Below are positions 48,791 through 61,675 of a stretch of DNA of 63,536 nucleotides, piece by piece (positions within the stretch are counted from its first letter, which is position 1; each line of letters opens with the position of its first letter). Source of the stretch: Scyliorhinus canicula (taxonomy: Eukaryota); assembly GCF_902713615.1 (NCBI RefSeq), contig NC_052171.1, positions 19,751,952-19,815,487 on the forward strand. Reading direction: 5' to 3'. The position numbers and the translations under genes are program-made. The notes beneath the pieces were generated by a model. It was given only the letters and a program-made list of their open reading frames with translations, was not told where the DNA came from and ran no database searches.

Positions 48791-49347
48791 GATTAGCACT
48801 GTTGCTTCACAGCTCCAGGGTCCCAGGTTCGATTCCCGGCTGGGTCACTGTCTGTGCGGAGTCTGCACGTCCTCCCCCTGTGTGCGTGGGTTTCCTCCGG
48901 GTGCTCCGGTTTCCTCCCACAGTCCAAAGATGTGCGGGTTAGGTGGATTGGCCATGCTAAATTGCCCGTAGTGTCCTAAAAAGTAAGGTTAAGGGGGGGT
49001 TGTTGGGTTACGGGTATAGGGTGGATACGTTGGTTTGAGTAGGGTGATCATTGCTCGGCACAACATCGAGGGCCGAAGGGCCTGTTCTGTGCTGTACTGT
49101 TCTATGTTCTATGTGTGCGTGGGTCCTCCGGGTGCTCCGGTTTCCTCCCACAGTCCAAAGACGTGTAGGTTAGGTGGATTGGCCGTGATAAAAATTACCC
49201 TTAGTGTCCAAAAAGGATAGGTGGGGTTACTGGGTTACGGGACAGGGTGGTGGCGTGGGGGCTCAAGTAGGGCGTTCTTTCCAAGGGCCAGTGCAGACTC
49301 GATGGGCCGAATGGCCTCCTTCTGCACTGTAAATTCTATGATTCTAT
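48791..49347 (+). mobile_element. Composite of two V-SINEs with different tails
   Basis: Near-full copy 48791-49112 followed directly by the 3' half of a second copy. Confidence 0.82.
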
Positions 49348-50232
49348 CATCATGGTCTCATTCACAAAACCAATGCCTGTCCTACATTTTTAACATCTTC
49401 TCCCTGCCTGTTGTGCCAAGAGTTAATGCTAACTTGAGTAAAGTAGACACAATGATAGATACACGTGCAGGACAGAGCAGAAAGAAGTCCATCTTTAGAG
49501 GCTCTTTCTCTTGCTCCCACCTTGACCTTGAGTTTCCTGGATGCAGGTTTGGTTCCCTAACATGCTGCTGGTTCCCTCGTTCATCGCGGGCTGAAGGTTG
49601 ACAGGTGAGGCAGTGCAGTCTGTAGTCCACGGGACCTGTACGTTAATAATTAATAAACCTGGACTATCAAGCTAAGTCTCGGTAACAGTGACCGTGAAGC
49701 TACTGCTTTGTGGCAAAAAAAAACCCCCATCTGGTTCACTCATGTCCTTTAGAGAAGGAACTCTGCCCTCCTTTCCCGGTCTGACCCAAATGTGACTCCA
49801 GAGCCACAGCCATGTGACTGACTCTGAACCCCCTCCCCCCCCTCTGAAACGGTCGAGCGAGGCTCCCAGGTGTTGGGAAAACCACTGCGATGGATGTCAG
49901 CATTTGGATGAGATGGCCCGCTGTCTTCTCAATGGACGGCAGATATTGACTTTGTCAATCTCTCCATCCCCATGGATGAATAGAAAATGAAAACGGTGAG
50001 CGGCGGGCATCTCAATGAATCTCAAAAGTTTCAATGGAACGATCTTTGAGTGCTTCAAAGTCTTTCTCCAAAGGCTACTCCCAAGATCAGAGAAAGCTTG
50101 TGGATATGTTACCCTAATCTCCTCCAGATCCGCCCTCTGGCCCATTGTTGCAAGCGTGTGTTTACGATTCCACCTCCCTTATGACTACTTTCTTTGTGTG
50201 CTACAAGTACAATGCAATGTGATAGAATACTA

Positions 50233-51142
50233 TGTAAGACATAATTGAAACAGCGTCCGTTTCGTATCCAGGCGTATCAGCAGATCTACAATATTCAAAT
50301 CTCAGACCAGACCCTAACAGTTGCTAGGATACTGGACAAAATGTTTTATTTTAATTTGGAAGACTCAGGAAAGTATGCTTTGCACCAGGGGTGATTCCAT
50401 TCACAAATAGGGACACGATATATTAAACGAAACGTTACTACTAACACAGTATTAAACTAAGCTTAACATCATACAAGAAATAGCTTACAATGACTATTTA
50501 AACAAAACTTAGCAATAAAACAAAACACTTTAACTCCCAACTGCTAACTTTTTATCTCCAATCAGGCAAAACCCATCTCAGGTCAAAATCCATTTTAAAT
50601 ACAGTTAGCAAACACAGGAATACTTGATGTCTTGGAGAAACCGCTTTTAGAGGGAGCATTCAGGAAACAGCCTGTCGATTCTTGCCTGTGTCAAACTACT
50701 GTCCAACCTGCCAGCGTTTGGCAAAAATCTCCTGTTCTGTTCACAGCAAAATCTAAACTGCAACTCAACACCTGGCTGCTTCAGCCCCGGGCTCCTCCCA
50801 TTAACCAATCATCTCTATCCCACTAATTGGGTTATAACCATCTTAGTAAATCTAACCACAACCCCATAATTATCGAAACCCCAGTGACCCTTCTTTATAT
50901 AAACAAAATTCCATGAGCCCTATTCAGGTAATTACTTTCCATAGTTGGAATGAATGATGATCTCATATTTACAATGCTTTAGTTATCCCTTTTGTAGCCA
51001 CAGTGTCTGCCTGTCTTTTGAACCAGAATGTTTGAACACCCTGATTGCAGTAGATACATACACGCACTAACCAGGCTTTTCAGCAAAGTGGCAGCAGATA
51101 CAAAAACTACAATAGCTGTCTGAAATCCCTGCATTCATCATG
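50233..51142. mobile_element. Putative LTR-like insertion
   Basis: Begins TGTAAGAC; AT-rich interior with minus-strand AATAAA; right end and TSD degenerate. Confidence 0.3.
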
Positions 51143-52358
51143 ACTCCTGGGATGTTGAGTCTTTAACCAATGTCAAAGCTTAACATGAAAATGAAGAAGG
51201 CATCACAAAGACCAAAGAATTCTTGGTAAGACCATTGTATCCAATATGATGTTCTAGTTGTCCAGTAGGGATCATTGGTCAGGGTAACAATCTTATTTCA
51301 TACCTCGCAGTTTCGAGGCACGTTATAATTTTTGTCGTGAGGTTTTGCCCATGTTTCCCTTACTGCTATGATTAGGAGATGTAACTAAACTCAGAAACAT
51401 TCGCAGGTCAATGGGCCGTGATCTTCAACAAGTACAGCCATGGCCATCACCACTGCCCACATCTTGAGTCACTGCTCATACAATGGTGCCTCTGAAAACT
51501 GGACATTTAATTGTCCAGCAGCACAAACCATGAAAAGGTAAAGCTTGAGGAGTTCTGGGACAATCTGCGTTTGATCAGCCAGGCTCCAAAAGATTGGCAT
51601 TAGAGCGAAGCTGTACGAGGGCAGTCTCCTCTTCATCTTATTTTCCTTCGGCGGCACATTAAATCAGAAGGGCGCCCTGTTCCCAGAGCGTTCCCAGTGT
51701 CCGTGCCTGGGCTGCGCAGGTCCAGTCCAGACTAGCCCAGCAAGAAGTTACCGTTCCAGTGACCTCATTTCAAAGGCATCTCACTGGCTGGAGGACATCT
51801 GGTGGTCACCAGAGGTGTGACATTGAGTCTCCCTTCCTTTACGTTTGTCCGATTACTCCTCTCCCCGGTTACAACTGCCACCTCGGCTACTCTCCTTCAG
51901 AAATGGCGAGGTCTCTGACAGTGGTTCAAGGTGCAAGGGATCTCGGACACAATCCTGAGGCTCCCTATCACCCCAGCAGTTTCGTTTACGCAACAGGAAT
52001 GGGTTGGCGTTGAACAGAGTTCATTAAACTTCCCTCTAACTTACGTTTGGATGCATTAAACACTGCTGACAGAAGGAAGGATGGGGCTTTGTGCTCACAG
52101 CCTGGGAGCTCAGCGGAGCGGAGAATCGAGGAGCGAGCATCAGACTCCCACTGGAGCCCACTGAAATATTCCTCCCATTGCTGAGTTGCAGTCCCACCTG
52201 ATGGATCTTCCTGTCTGCACTCGACCCAGAGATGCACAAATGGCTCGGGTGTGAAAGAATTTCATGGGTTGTGGGCACCTTTGGCTGGGTCAGCATTTGT
52301 TTGTTGCCCAACCCGAATTGCACCTTAACTGAGTGGCGGGACAGGTTGCTGTCCATTG

Positions 52359-53271
52359 TGTCATGGGAGTGTCCCTTTCAGAAATGTGTGTATTTTCAAA
52401 TGTCTTCAGTTATGTCATTGTGTGGGTGGAGCTGGGCTGTGGCTCTGGGTTTTACTTTTGTTTTGAGCTGGGAGCTGGCTGTGGCTCTGAGTTTTACTTT
52501 CGGTTTGCACACTTGGAAGCTGGATTCAGACAAAGAAGGTTTGTCTTGTGTGTCTACCTCTGCATGTTAGAAGGTGTCCAGATCACTTGATAATTTAAAA
52601 GTGACAACTGTTTTCTGGAAAGAACTGAAACCTACTGTTTTGGTAAAAGAGTTTTCCTGGTTTAGTGGATAGAACAAAGAACAAAGAAAATTACAGCACA
52701 GGAACTGGCCCTTCGGCCCTCCCAGCCTGCGCCGATCCAGATCCTTTATCTAAACCTGTTGCCTATTTTCCAAGGTCTACTTCTCTCTGTTCCCCACCCG
52801 TTCATATACCTGTCCAGATACGTCTTAAATGATGCTATCGTGCCCGCCTCTACCACCTCCGCTGGCAAAGCATTCCAGGCACCCACCCCACCCTCTGCGT
52901 AAAAAACTTTCCATACACATCTCCCTTAATCTTTCCCCCTCTCACCTTGAAATCGTGACCCCTTGTAACTGACACCCCCACTCTTGGAAAAAGCTTGTTG
53001 TTATCAAATTGAAACAGTTGAAAGGGAAGTTATTAAGTGTTTTTCGAGAACTGTAGCTGTGTGGGGTATTTATGTTAGTAGTTGATAAAAATGCTTACTG
53101 TGTGTGTTTATAAAAAGTTAACTGAATTTGTAGATTAAAAGTGCTGAGGGCCACTGAATAACACCAGAATGGTGGGCTCTGATACTCGTCAGAACCAAAA
53201 TCTATAAACAGTTGTGGGTCAGGTGAACTCCATGATATACTTTGGTGTTCTCTAAACCCTGGCCCAGAACA
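52359..53271 (+). mobile_element. Solo LTR (family B) with a nested CR1 3' fragment (about 52671-53005, minus)
   Basis: TGTCATGG...AGAACA; 4-bp TSD ATTG at 52355-52358 and 53272-53275. Confidence 0.82.
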
Positions 53272-53571
53272 ATTGCTGTGGATCTGGAGTCACGTGTCGG
53301 CCAGGCCGGGTAAGGAGGGAAGATTTCCTCCCCTAAAGGACATCGGTGAACCAGATGGGTTTTTACAATAATCGCCAATGGTTTGCTGGCCATCGTAACG
53401 GAGACTGACTTTATCTCCCAGATTTGTGAATTGAATGTCAACCCTGCCAGCTGGCGGGGTGGGATTCGAACCTGCGTCTTGAATTACTCGGCCAGTGACG
53501 TTCGTGCCAACCCCTCATGAACATACTGTACCTTTTGTCCCAAAGCACACAGTGGACAAGGAAGCACTTCT

Positions 53572-53804
53572 TTTTTTTTCTTTTTTTTAAAATTTAGATT
53601 AGCCAATTATTTTTTCCAATTAAGGGGCAATTTAGCATGGCCAATCCACCTACTCTGCACATCTTTGGGTTGTGGGGGTGAAACCCACGCAGACACGGGG
53701 AGAATGTGCAAACTCCACACGGACAGTGACCCAGAGCCGGGATCGAACCTGGGACCTCGGCGCCGTGAGGCGGTTGTGCTAACCACTAGGCCACCGTGCT
53801 GCCC
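53572..53804 (-). mobile_element. Short A-tailed V-SINE
   Basis: 17-bp TSD GACAAGGAAGCACTTCT at 53555-53571 and 53805-53821. Confidence 0.88.
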
Positions 53805-54075
53805 GACAAGGAAGCACTTCTGAGGTGTAGTCACCGCTGTAACCTTGGCAACAGGACTAGCCATTGGTGCACAGGAAGATCCCACAAAAAGCAATGTGAT
53901 AACTAAATAATCCTTTTCACTGATGTCGATCGAGGGATAAATATTGCCCCCTATTCCGAAGCTCACCTACTGCCCTTCAAACAAAATAATGGCGTGGGAT
54001 CTTCCCTGTCCATCTGAGAGGGTTTTGGTTGAAAATCTCAGTACCTCCAACAGTGCAGCACACCAGTGACCGTCT
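53805..54075 (-). mobile_element. Ancient Deu-domain SINE-like fragment (SacSINE1/AmnSINE1-related)
   Basis: Blocks such as GATCCCACAAA.AGCAATGTGATA, GAGGGATAAATATTG and ACCTCCAACAGTGCAGCAC recalled as Deu-domain consensus; weaker related pieces near 2930-3050 and 55430-55760. Confidence 0.45.
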
Positions 54076-54189
54076 CTGGTGTGCACCCTGAACCCACAAG
54101 TGGCTAACTGCAGGGGAGAGGGATTACCACAGCTTCCACTCCTCCCCCACAGGGCCAGCCTCGCCCCCACGTGCGTGAGGCCCCCTTAC

Positions 54190-54332
54190 CTGAGTGTCGA
54201 ACTTTGCAGCACTGTACAGGAAGGACCTGCAGATACCGTACATCCCGTTGGTGTCGCAGGTTGAGTTCTCCAGACAGGCAAAGGCTCCGCAGCCCACGTG
54301 GAGTGCGTTGTTCAGGCATCGGATTATCTCGG
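54190..54332 (-). CDS. stc1: Stanniocalcin-1 exon 2 (143 nt; missed by the ORF track)
   Basis: (A)[47 protein letters not shown]; ccag|CC acceptor phase 1, CAG|gtaagg donor phase 0; conserved N-S-T glycosylation site. Confidence 0.96.
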
Positions 54333-54984
54333 CTGGAGTGGTGGGGGGGGGAGAGAAGAAGAAACTGAGAGTTAACGCGGCGGAAAGGGAGCTCAGTCAG
54401 GGGAAGCATTCCTCCTGGTGCTCTTCAGCAATTGAGGATGAATCTCCCGAAAACTGTTGGCAACAACCTCCCCAAGGTGCTCCCAGCAGCATCCGGGAAA
54501 TTCATCGCCGTTCCAGTTCCTGCAACCTCAGGACAATCTTGGAGCATTGACAACGCTACTCCCCAGCAAATGTCTTCAGATTTGATCAGGAACATGGCAA
54601 TAAAAGATCATAGGATCACAAACTGATGGATCTGTATTGTTAAAATAATCTCTTTCATCTTGCACCACACTGAATGTTTAGCAATATAATGGCAGCTTCA
54701 ATCCTATTGGCCCAATCCCAATTTGCACCAAATTGCCTGGGGTGCATCTTTGGACTGAAAAAACATTTCAAAAGACTTTTAGATGTTTTAAAAAGCATGC
54801 TGCCTCTTTTGAAATCACCCTTGTGCGCGTGTGTGTGTGTCTTGTCTGTGTGTGTTGTGAATACGTTTGGTTGTTGAGAAATAAACATTCATTCTTTTTC
54901 TTTCCAAATTTACAAGAACTTGGAATTCTCTTGTGCCCTGTTCTTGAGCGTCACAGCACTCGCGAGGTTAAACTACTTCTTTGA

Positions 54985-55198
54985 TTAGCGCTGCTGCTTC
55001 ACGGCGCCGAGGTCCCAGGTTCGATCCCGGCTCTGGGTCACTGTCCGTGTGGAGTTTGCACATTCTCCCCGTGTTTGCGTGGGTTTCGCCCCCACAGCTC
55101 AAAGATGTGCAGGGCAGGTGGATTGGCCACGCTAAATTGCCCCTTAATTTGGAAAAAATGAATTGGGTACTCTCAATTTTTAAAAAAAGAGAAAAAAA
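54985..55198 (+). mobile_element. Short A-tailed V-SINE
   Basis: Head partly truncated; core and A-rich tail. Confidence 0.8.
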
Positions 55199-56227
55199 TA
55201 CTTCTATAAAAGACATCTTGTTGCGGTCAGTTGAGAGGTGGAGGAAGGGGCACTGTGCATTGCACTGTAAATATTAGAGAACGCACAAGGGGCAAACTGG
55301 TCCTGATGGATCATGAATTGTATTGAAGGCTCCTGTCTCATCCTCATAGTACTTGCTGTTCACTCACATTTACAACGATAGAGCACTGCGACGACAGCAA
55401 GCAGATTGCTCAACCCAGTATCGCTAGTGGAAGGATTTGCATTTAGATAAGGCTGTCTAGGGCTTCAATCAGATTCCAAATGCTTTACACTCAGTCAATT
55501 TCTCCACAGCAAGTTCCCATGAAGAGTGAATGAGATATATGTGTAACTCAGTTGTTTTTTTTTCAAGCCATTGCTTGATGGATAATTATTGGCCAGAACA
55601 CCAGGAGGAAGTTGCCTGTTCTCCTTCGAATAGTGCCATGAGATTGTTTACAAATCCTCCCCCCCTCCCTCCCCATACATCTCATCTGATCTCAGTCCAA
55701 CATCTTACTGACTGCTCTGGCAGTACTGCACTCGCTCGGTGTGCTGTTTCAGCTGAAGCTACACAGACTCCGATTGCTGAGCCATCGGCACAATATTGTG
55801 AACTGCACTGTTGGAAGGCACGTTGCAATTTAAAAATGAATTATTGCAGAAGGAAGAGAATAACAGGTGAGGTGCGCTTTGGTGCATCAGGCTGTACCCC
55901 GTCTGATAATAGCTGGTGTTCATGCAGGCTGCTGCAGAGCTGAGCGGCGCATTGAAAAGAATGTTTGAAGTGTTTTCTCAGACAACTCTACAGCTGTATC
56001 TGCGGCAATGGCATTGCAAGCATTCAGTGTCACAAACACTGCAACAATAGAATATGCCTCTGTCGCACAGGAGCTACACTCCAAAATCATTTGGTTCTGA
56101 CTTCTAGCAGATTCCTCGATCCAGATTGCCAAAACAAAACCCCAACAAGGACCACCTAAGCTCAGAGCAGATCTGACTCTACCCCCAGGAGAGCTGCAGG
56201 AATGGGAAAGCAACCAGAGCAAGATAA

Positions 56228-56578
56228 TAGAATCATAGAATTTACAGTGTAGAAGGAGGCCATTCGGCCCATCGAGTCTCACCGGCTCTTGGAAAGAGCA
56301 CCCTACCCAAGGTCCACACCTCCACCCTATCCCCATAACCCAGTAACCCCAACCAACACTAAGGGCAATTTTGGATACTAAGAGCAATTGATCATGGCCA
56401 ATTCACCTAACCTGCACATCTTTGGACTGTGGGAGGAAACCGGAGCACCCGGAGGGAACCCACGCAGGCACGGGAGAACGTGCAGACTCCGCACAGACAG
56501 TGACCCAAGCCGGGAATCGAACCCGGGACCCTGGAGCTGTGAAGCAATTGTGCTAACCACCGTGCTACCGTGCTGCCC
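56228..56578 (-). mobile_element. V-SINE, second tail type
   Basis: Head/core/tail ending in (TTCTATGA)n. Confidence 0.88.
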
Positions 56579-57344
56579 AAAGATGCAAGACAGTCTTCGC
56601 TGACACAGTCTTCAGGGAGTCAAGGTCACCTCCAAGGCACAGCCTGAAGTTGTGCTGAATTGAGATGCTGGTGGACTCTGCCACAATGGAGAGGTGGCAC
56701 TTGACATCACGTTCTTTGATTTTTTTCTTGGCTATTAAAATGAAACTTAACAATTCCTTTTATTCGAGGTGTGATTCAGCCTGGTTTCCCTTGGCAACTG
56801 AGCACACACACCACACACACACACACACCCTGGGTACTGCAGATGAGAAGGTTTGAGAACACAATACTGCAGTTTGTATGTCAGTTCTGGCACTCAGTGC
56901 AGACCCCCCCCCCCCCCCCACATCCCATCCTCTGCTCCCCCCCCCCCCCCCCCACACACACACACCTTCACTCAAACCCCATCACCACACTGTCACAGGT
57001 AAAAGTTCATTTTTAAAAAACAAACAAACGTCTAAATATACAAATCCACGAAATGTGCATTCAAAGGATACAAGTTTCAGCTGGAAAGTAACCAGTGTGT
57101 TTTATTTAAACAGTAACAAATGTGTTTGCAGAACAGCAACACGCATTCCGGGGTGGAGGTGAATGGGCAGCTGAGGTTAGAGGTACCAATCGTGCTGTGC
57201 CAAAGCCTGCACACTAACTCCAGAAGCAGGTAGATTTTTAATTCTTGAGTTGCAAACTGGAGGAGGGGTGGGGGAGGGGGGTTTGACTCCTGGGCAGCAC
57301 ACACACACACACACACACAGATAGAGAAGGCACTTTGTATTTAC

Positions 57345-57486
57345 CTGAGTTCTGGCCGGAAAGTCTGGTCCTTCTGGGTGTCAGGGAGTCCTTGTCCTCA
57401 ACAGGTGGAGCTATTTCATCCCCAGCAGACCGAGCTCCCAGCTGTACCGACACCAGCAAGGCAAAGAGAGCTGACTTGTGCAACAT
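57345..57486 (-). CDS. stc1: Stanniocalcin-1 exon 1 (signal peptide and propeptide)
   Basis: MLHKSALFALLVSVQLGARSAGDEIAPPVEDKDSLTPRRTRLSGQNS resembles STC1 'DSVSPRKSRVAAQNS'; donor CAG|gtaaat phase 1; total CDS 771 nt = 256 aa with 11 Cys. Confidence 0.93.
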
Positions 57487-57615
57487 CGCTACAGAGGGAA
57501 TCAGGACAAGTGAGTCTCTCTCTCTCTCTATCTCCAGTTTAAGTGTGAATCTAGCTGGATGGATGCATGTGTGTGTGTGTGTGTGTGTGTGTGAGTTTGT
57601 GAACTGCAAAGGCAC

Positions 57616-57622
57616 ATTTATA
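57616..57622 (-). promoter_or_regulatory. Candidate TATA box of stc1
   Basis: TATAAAT on minus, 130 nt upstream of the ATG. Confidence 0.5.
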
Positions 57623-58370
57623 CAAGTGTTATCTGGGTGGGAAGATCTCCATGGAATCGTAAGCAGCCTCCCAGCTGCCAATGACAGGCATCTTGCTGGA
57701 ACTGTCCATTCACAATCCGACAGCCGCGCTCCACTCGCTCAATAATTGTCCCAAAGTTGGAAATGCAGTGCACATGGTTGGGGGGGGGGGGGGGGGGGGA
57801 GCTGGAGGAAGGGGATGGGTGACAGGCAAGTTTTCCAGGCCATTCCTCATCCCCATCTGCTTCCCACCCTCCCAGCCCAGATGTTTGCAAACTGGAGTGA
57901 CACTCAAAGTGACACTCCAGCCCAGATGTTTGATTGCAGCCCAGATGTTGAATTGCATCCTGCAGTTGCGTTTATCTGTTGACAGAGTGGCATCGGTTTG
58001 AAATTGGCTGCAGCAATATCCCAGGCTGTTGGCTTGACATGTGGAGCTGGTTGCGAAGGGACAGCAGGAGCCATGTCCCCATTCCCTCGGGATAATTCTG
58101 CAGGTTAACAGTTTTATTATCACACTATGCTGAACTCCTCTGTGCAGCCTTCTGCCTCTCCTGGTCCCCCCCCCCCCCCCTTAGATACAGCTTTACCCCC
58201 TTTCCTGAAGTGGATGCCCTCAATTACTGCAGCCCTCAGCCCTCTCTTCAATTCCACCATGTGGGGGTGCCTGCTTTTGTTCAGGAATAGATGTATCCTA
58301 TTGCCCTGGGAATAGTTTTCTGGGCATCACAGGGTGTGGACGCTGCTGAATGTACCCATTCTGGCACACG

Positions 58371-58872
58371 TTTTTAATTAACCCAATTGAGGGGCAATTT
58401 AGCGTGGCCAATCCTCCTACCCTGCACATCTTATTGGGTTGTGGGGGGGGGGGGGTTGAGACCCACGCAGACACGGGGAGAAAGTGTTAACTCCACACAC
58501 ACGGACAGTGACCCGGGGCCGGGATCGAACCTGGGATCTCGGCACCGTGAGGCAGCAGTGCTAACCACTGCGCCACCGTGTCGCCCCTCGGTCTGGCACA
58601 CATGATCCCAGGTTTGATTCCCGGCTTGGGCCACTGTCTGTGCGGAGTCTGCACATTCTCCCTCGTGTCTGCGTGGGTTTCCTCCGGGTGCTCCGGTTTC
58701 CTCTCACAAGTCCTGAAAGACGTGCCGTTAGGTGAATTGGACATTCTGAATTCTCCCTCTGTGTACCCGAACAGGCGCCGGAATGTGGCGACTAGGGGCT
58801 TTTCACAGTAACTTCATTGAAGTCTACTCGTGACAATAAGTGATTTTCCTTTCATTTCATTTCATTTTCATT
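58371..58872. mobile_element. Two head-to-head SINEs (58371-58586 minus; 58600-58872 plus)
   Basis: Short A-tailed type and 'GAACAGGCGCCGG' tail type. Confidence 0.8.
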
Positions 58873-58879
58873 TCTTGGG

Positions 58880-59240
58880 GAAACATTCACCCCCTGCACC
58901 ACCAACGCATAGTGACAGCCGTGTGTACCATCTATAAGATGCCCTGCAGGAACTCCCCAAGGTTCCTGAGGCAGCACCTTCCAAACCTGTGACACCTCAC
59001 CCCTCGAAGGACAAGGAAGCAGATACATGGGAGCCCCACCACCTGCATGTTCCCCTCGCCACCCTGACTGGGAAATATATCGGCCGTTCCTTCACTGTCG
59101 CTGTATCAAAATCCTGAAACTCCTTCCCTAACAGCACTGTGGATGTACCTGCACCACGTGGACTGCAGCGGGTTCAAGAAGGCAGCTCACCGCCACCTTC
59201 TCAAGGGGCAATTAGGGATGGGCGATTAATGCTGGCCATG
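58880..59240 (+). mobile_element. LINE 3'-end fragment, same family as 15340-15720
   Basis: Shared blocks, e.g. CCGTGTGTACCATCTA.AAGATGC and CCCTGACTGGGAAATATATCGGCCGTTCCTTCACTGTCGCTG. Confidence 0.85.
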
Positions 59241-59525
59241 AATGAATAAATAACTTCTATCTGTACATTGTTTTTGCATGGCTGTCCCAAAGCCCCTGCA
59301 GCCAATCAAGAGCTTTTGAAGTGTTGAAATTCAGCAGCCAATAATTTCAGTTACCCCGCCACCCCCCTCCCGCACCTGCCCCAAGTAATGGCGCAGTGCT
59401 GGAGTACCCCACAAACATTCACAAATACACACCCTTCCGGGCCGCCCTGACATCACCCCCCCCCCCCCCATGTGAGAAATAGATTGTTGTCTGATTGACG
59501 AGCAAAGCTGGTCCCACCCTGCCTC

Positions 59526-60372
59526 GGGGGGGGGGAAAGAGGGGGGGGGGGAAAGAGGGGGGGAAGGGGGGGGGAGAGGGGGAGGGGGGGGGAAAGAGGG
59601 GGGGAGAGGGGGAGGGGGGGGGAAAGAGGGGGGGGAGAGGGGGAGGGGGGGGGAAGAGGGGGGGAGAGGGGGAGGGGGGGGGGGGGGAAAGAGGGGGGAG
59701 AGGGGGAGGGGGGGGGGGTAGGGGGGATTGAGGGGGGGGTTGGGAGGGGGGAGAGGTGGGGGGGTTGAGGGGGGGAGAGGTGGGGGGGAGAGGTGGGTGG
59801 GGGTTGAGGGGGAGAGGAGGGGGGGAGAGGAGAGGAGAGGGGAGGTGAGGTGGGGGGGAGGAGAGGGGGGGAGAGGTGGGGGGGGAGAGGTGGTGTGGGG
59901 GGAGGGGGGGGGTGAGGTGGGGGGGAGGGGGGGGAGAGGTGGGGGGAGAGGGGGGGAGGGGGGGGAGAGGTGAGGGGGAGGGGGGGGAGAGGTGGGGGGG
60001 AGGAGGGGGGGAGAGGTGGGGGGGGGAGGAGGGGGGGAGAGGTGGTGTGGGGGGAGAGGTGGGGGGAGAGGTGGGGGAGAGGTGAGGGGGAGAGGTGAGG
60101 GGGAGGGGGGGGGAGAGGTGGGGGGGAGGCGGGGGGGGAGAGGTGGGGGGGGAGGAGGGGGGGAGAGGTGGGGGGGAGGAGGGGGGGGAGAGGTGGGGGG
60201 GGGAGGAGGGGGGGAGAGGTGGGGGGGAGGGGGGGGGGAGAGGTGGGGGGGGAGGAGGGGGGGGAGAGGTGGGGGGGGGAGGAGGGGGGGAGAGGTGGGG
60301 GGGAGGAGGGGGGGGAGAGGTGGGGGGGGAGGAGGGGGGGAGAGGTGGGGGGGAGGGGGGGGAGGTGGGGGG
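59526..60372. repeat. G-rich polypurine low-complexity tract
   Basis: About 850 nt almost entirely G/A, with recurring GGGGGGAGAGGT units. Confidence 0.95.
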
Positions 60373-60913
60373 ACCTCCAGTTGGGGACCTCCACTCTGAA
60401 AGTTGGTCTTTTAAGTTGAGGTGACACAGCAATCGGGGTGTGAAATGGAGCCACACGGAAACCTCGAGCTGACGGGACACCTTCTGTTTTTTTTTGCTGA
60501 AACGGAGAAGACTCTTCAAACTGGTGTCTCCACACCTGCCCAAGGCGGCAGATCGCGCTTCCAGGTGCAAACGTGCCGGCCTGTTACCATTGGCTGCCTG
60601 ATGGCCTGATCAATGTTTCTGTTTGCAGACAGCACAGGACAGGATGCCGCACTCCCGTCTCCAACTTGCAGGAAAGTCGTCAATGTCACCGATGCTGCTT
60701 CTCGGGAACGTGTCATTCCTGAGGATGTGATTAGATTCAGCGGTCAGGGGATTAAAAAAAAACAAAACAAAACGACAGCCACCCCATCCAGCACCCACAG
60801 AAACACTGCTGGGGCAACAAGCTTGTCCAGTCAGCGATTCTACCCGGCCGGGCCTCACACAGAGGGGGGGGGGGGGGGGGGGGTCTGTCTGTCTCTGGTG
60901 CTGCCCACTTCTG

Positions 60914-61600
60914 GGGTGGCACGGTAGCACAGTGGTTAGCACAGTTGTTTCATAGCTCCGGGGTCCCGGGTTCGATTCCCGGCTTGGGTCGCTGTCTGTG
61001 CGGGAGTCTGCACGTCTGCACATTGGGGGCAGCAGGGTAGCATGGTGGTTAGCATCAATGCTTCACAGCTCCAGGGTCCCAGGTTCGATTCCCGGCTGGG
61101 TCACTGTCTGTGCGGAGTCTGCACGCCCTCCCCGTGTGTGCGTGGGTTTCCTCCGAGTGCTCCGGTTTCCTCCCACAGTCCAAAGATGTGCGGGTTAGGT
61201 GGATTGGCCATGCTAAATTGCCCGTAGTGTCCTAATAGTAAGGTTAAGGGGGGGGAGTTGTTGGGTTACGGGTATAGGGTGGATACGTGGATTTGAGTAG
61301 GGTGATCATTGCTCGGCACAACATCGAGGGCTGAAGGGCCTGTTCTGTGCTGTACTGTTCTATGTTCCATGTTCTATGTTTTCCCCGTGTCTGCGTGGGT
61401 TTCCTCCGGGTGCTCCGGTTTCCTCCCACAAGCCCAAAGATGTGCAGGTTGGGTAGATTGGCCGTGATAAACTGCCCCTTCGTGTCCAAAAAGGTGAGGA
61501 GGGGTTATTGGGTTACGGGGATGGGGTGGAAGTGAGGGCTTAAGTGGGCCGGTGCAGACTCGATGGGCCGAATGGCCTCCTTCTGCACTGTATGTTCTAT
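60914..61600 (+). mobile_element. V-SINE with a second V-SINE nested in its core (61025-61380)
   Basis: Outer head 60914-61024; outer core resumes at 61381. Confidence 0.85.
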
Positions 61601-61675
61601 GTCCCCAAGTGTTTGAAGAGGTGTCATTGCTGTGTGGGTGTGGAGTCACATGTCGGCCAGATTTCCTTCCCTAAA

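Noticed and set aside
59419-60570. Proline-rich extensin/formin-like ORFs
   Set aside because: Translation of the G-rich low-complexity tract
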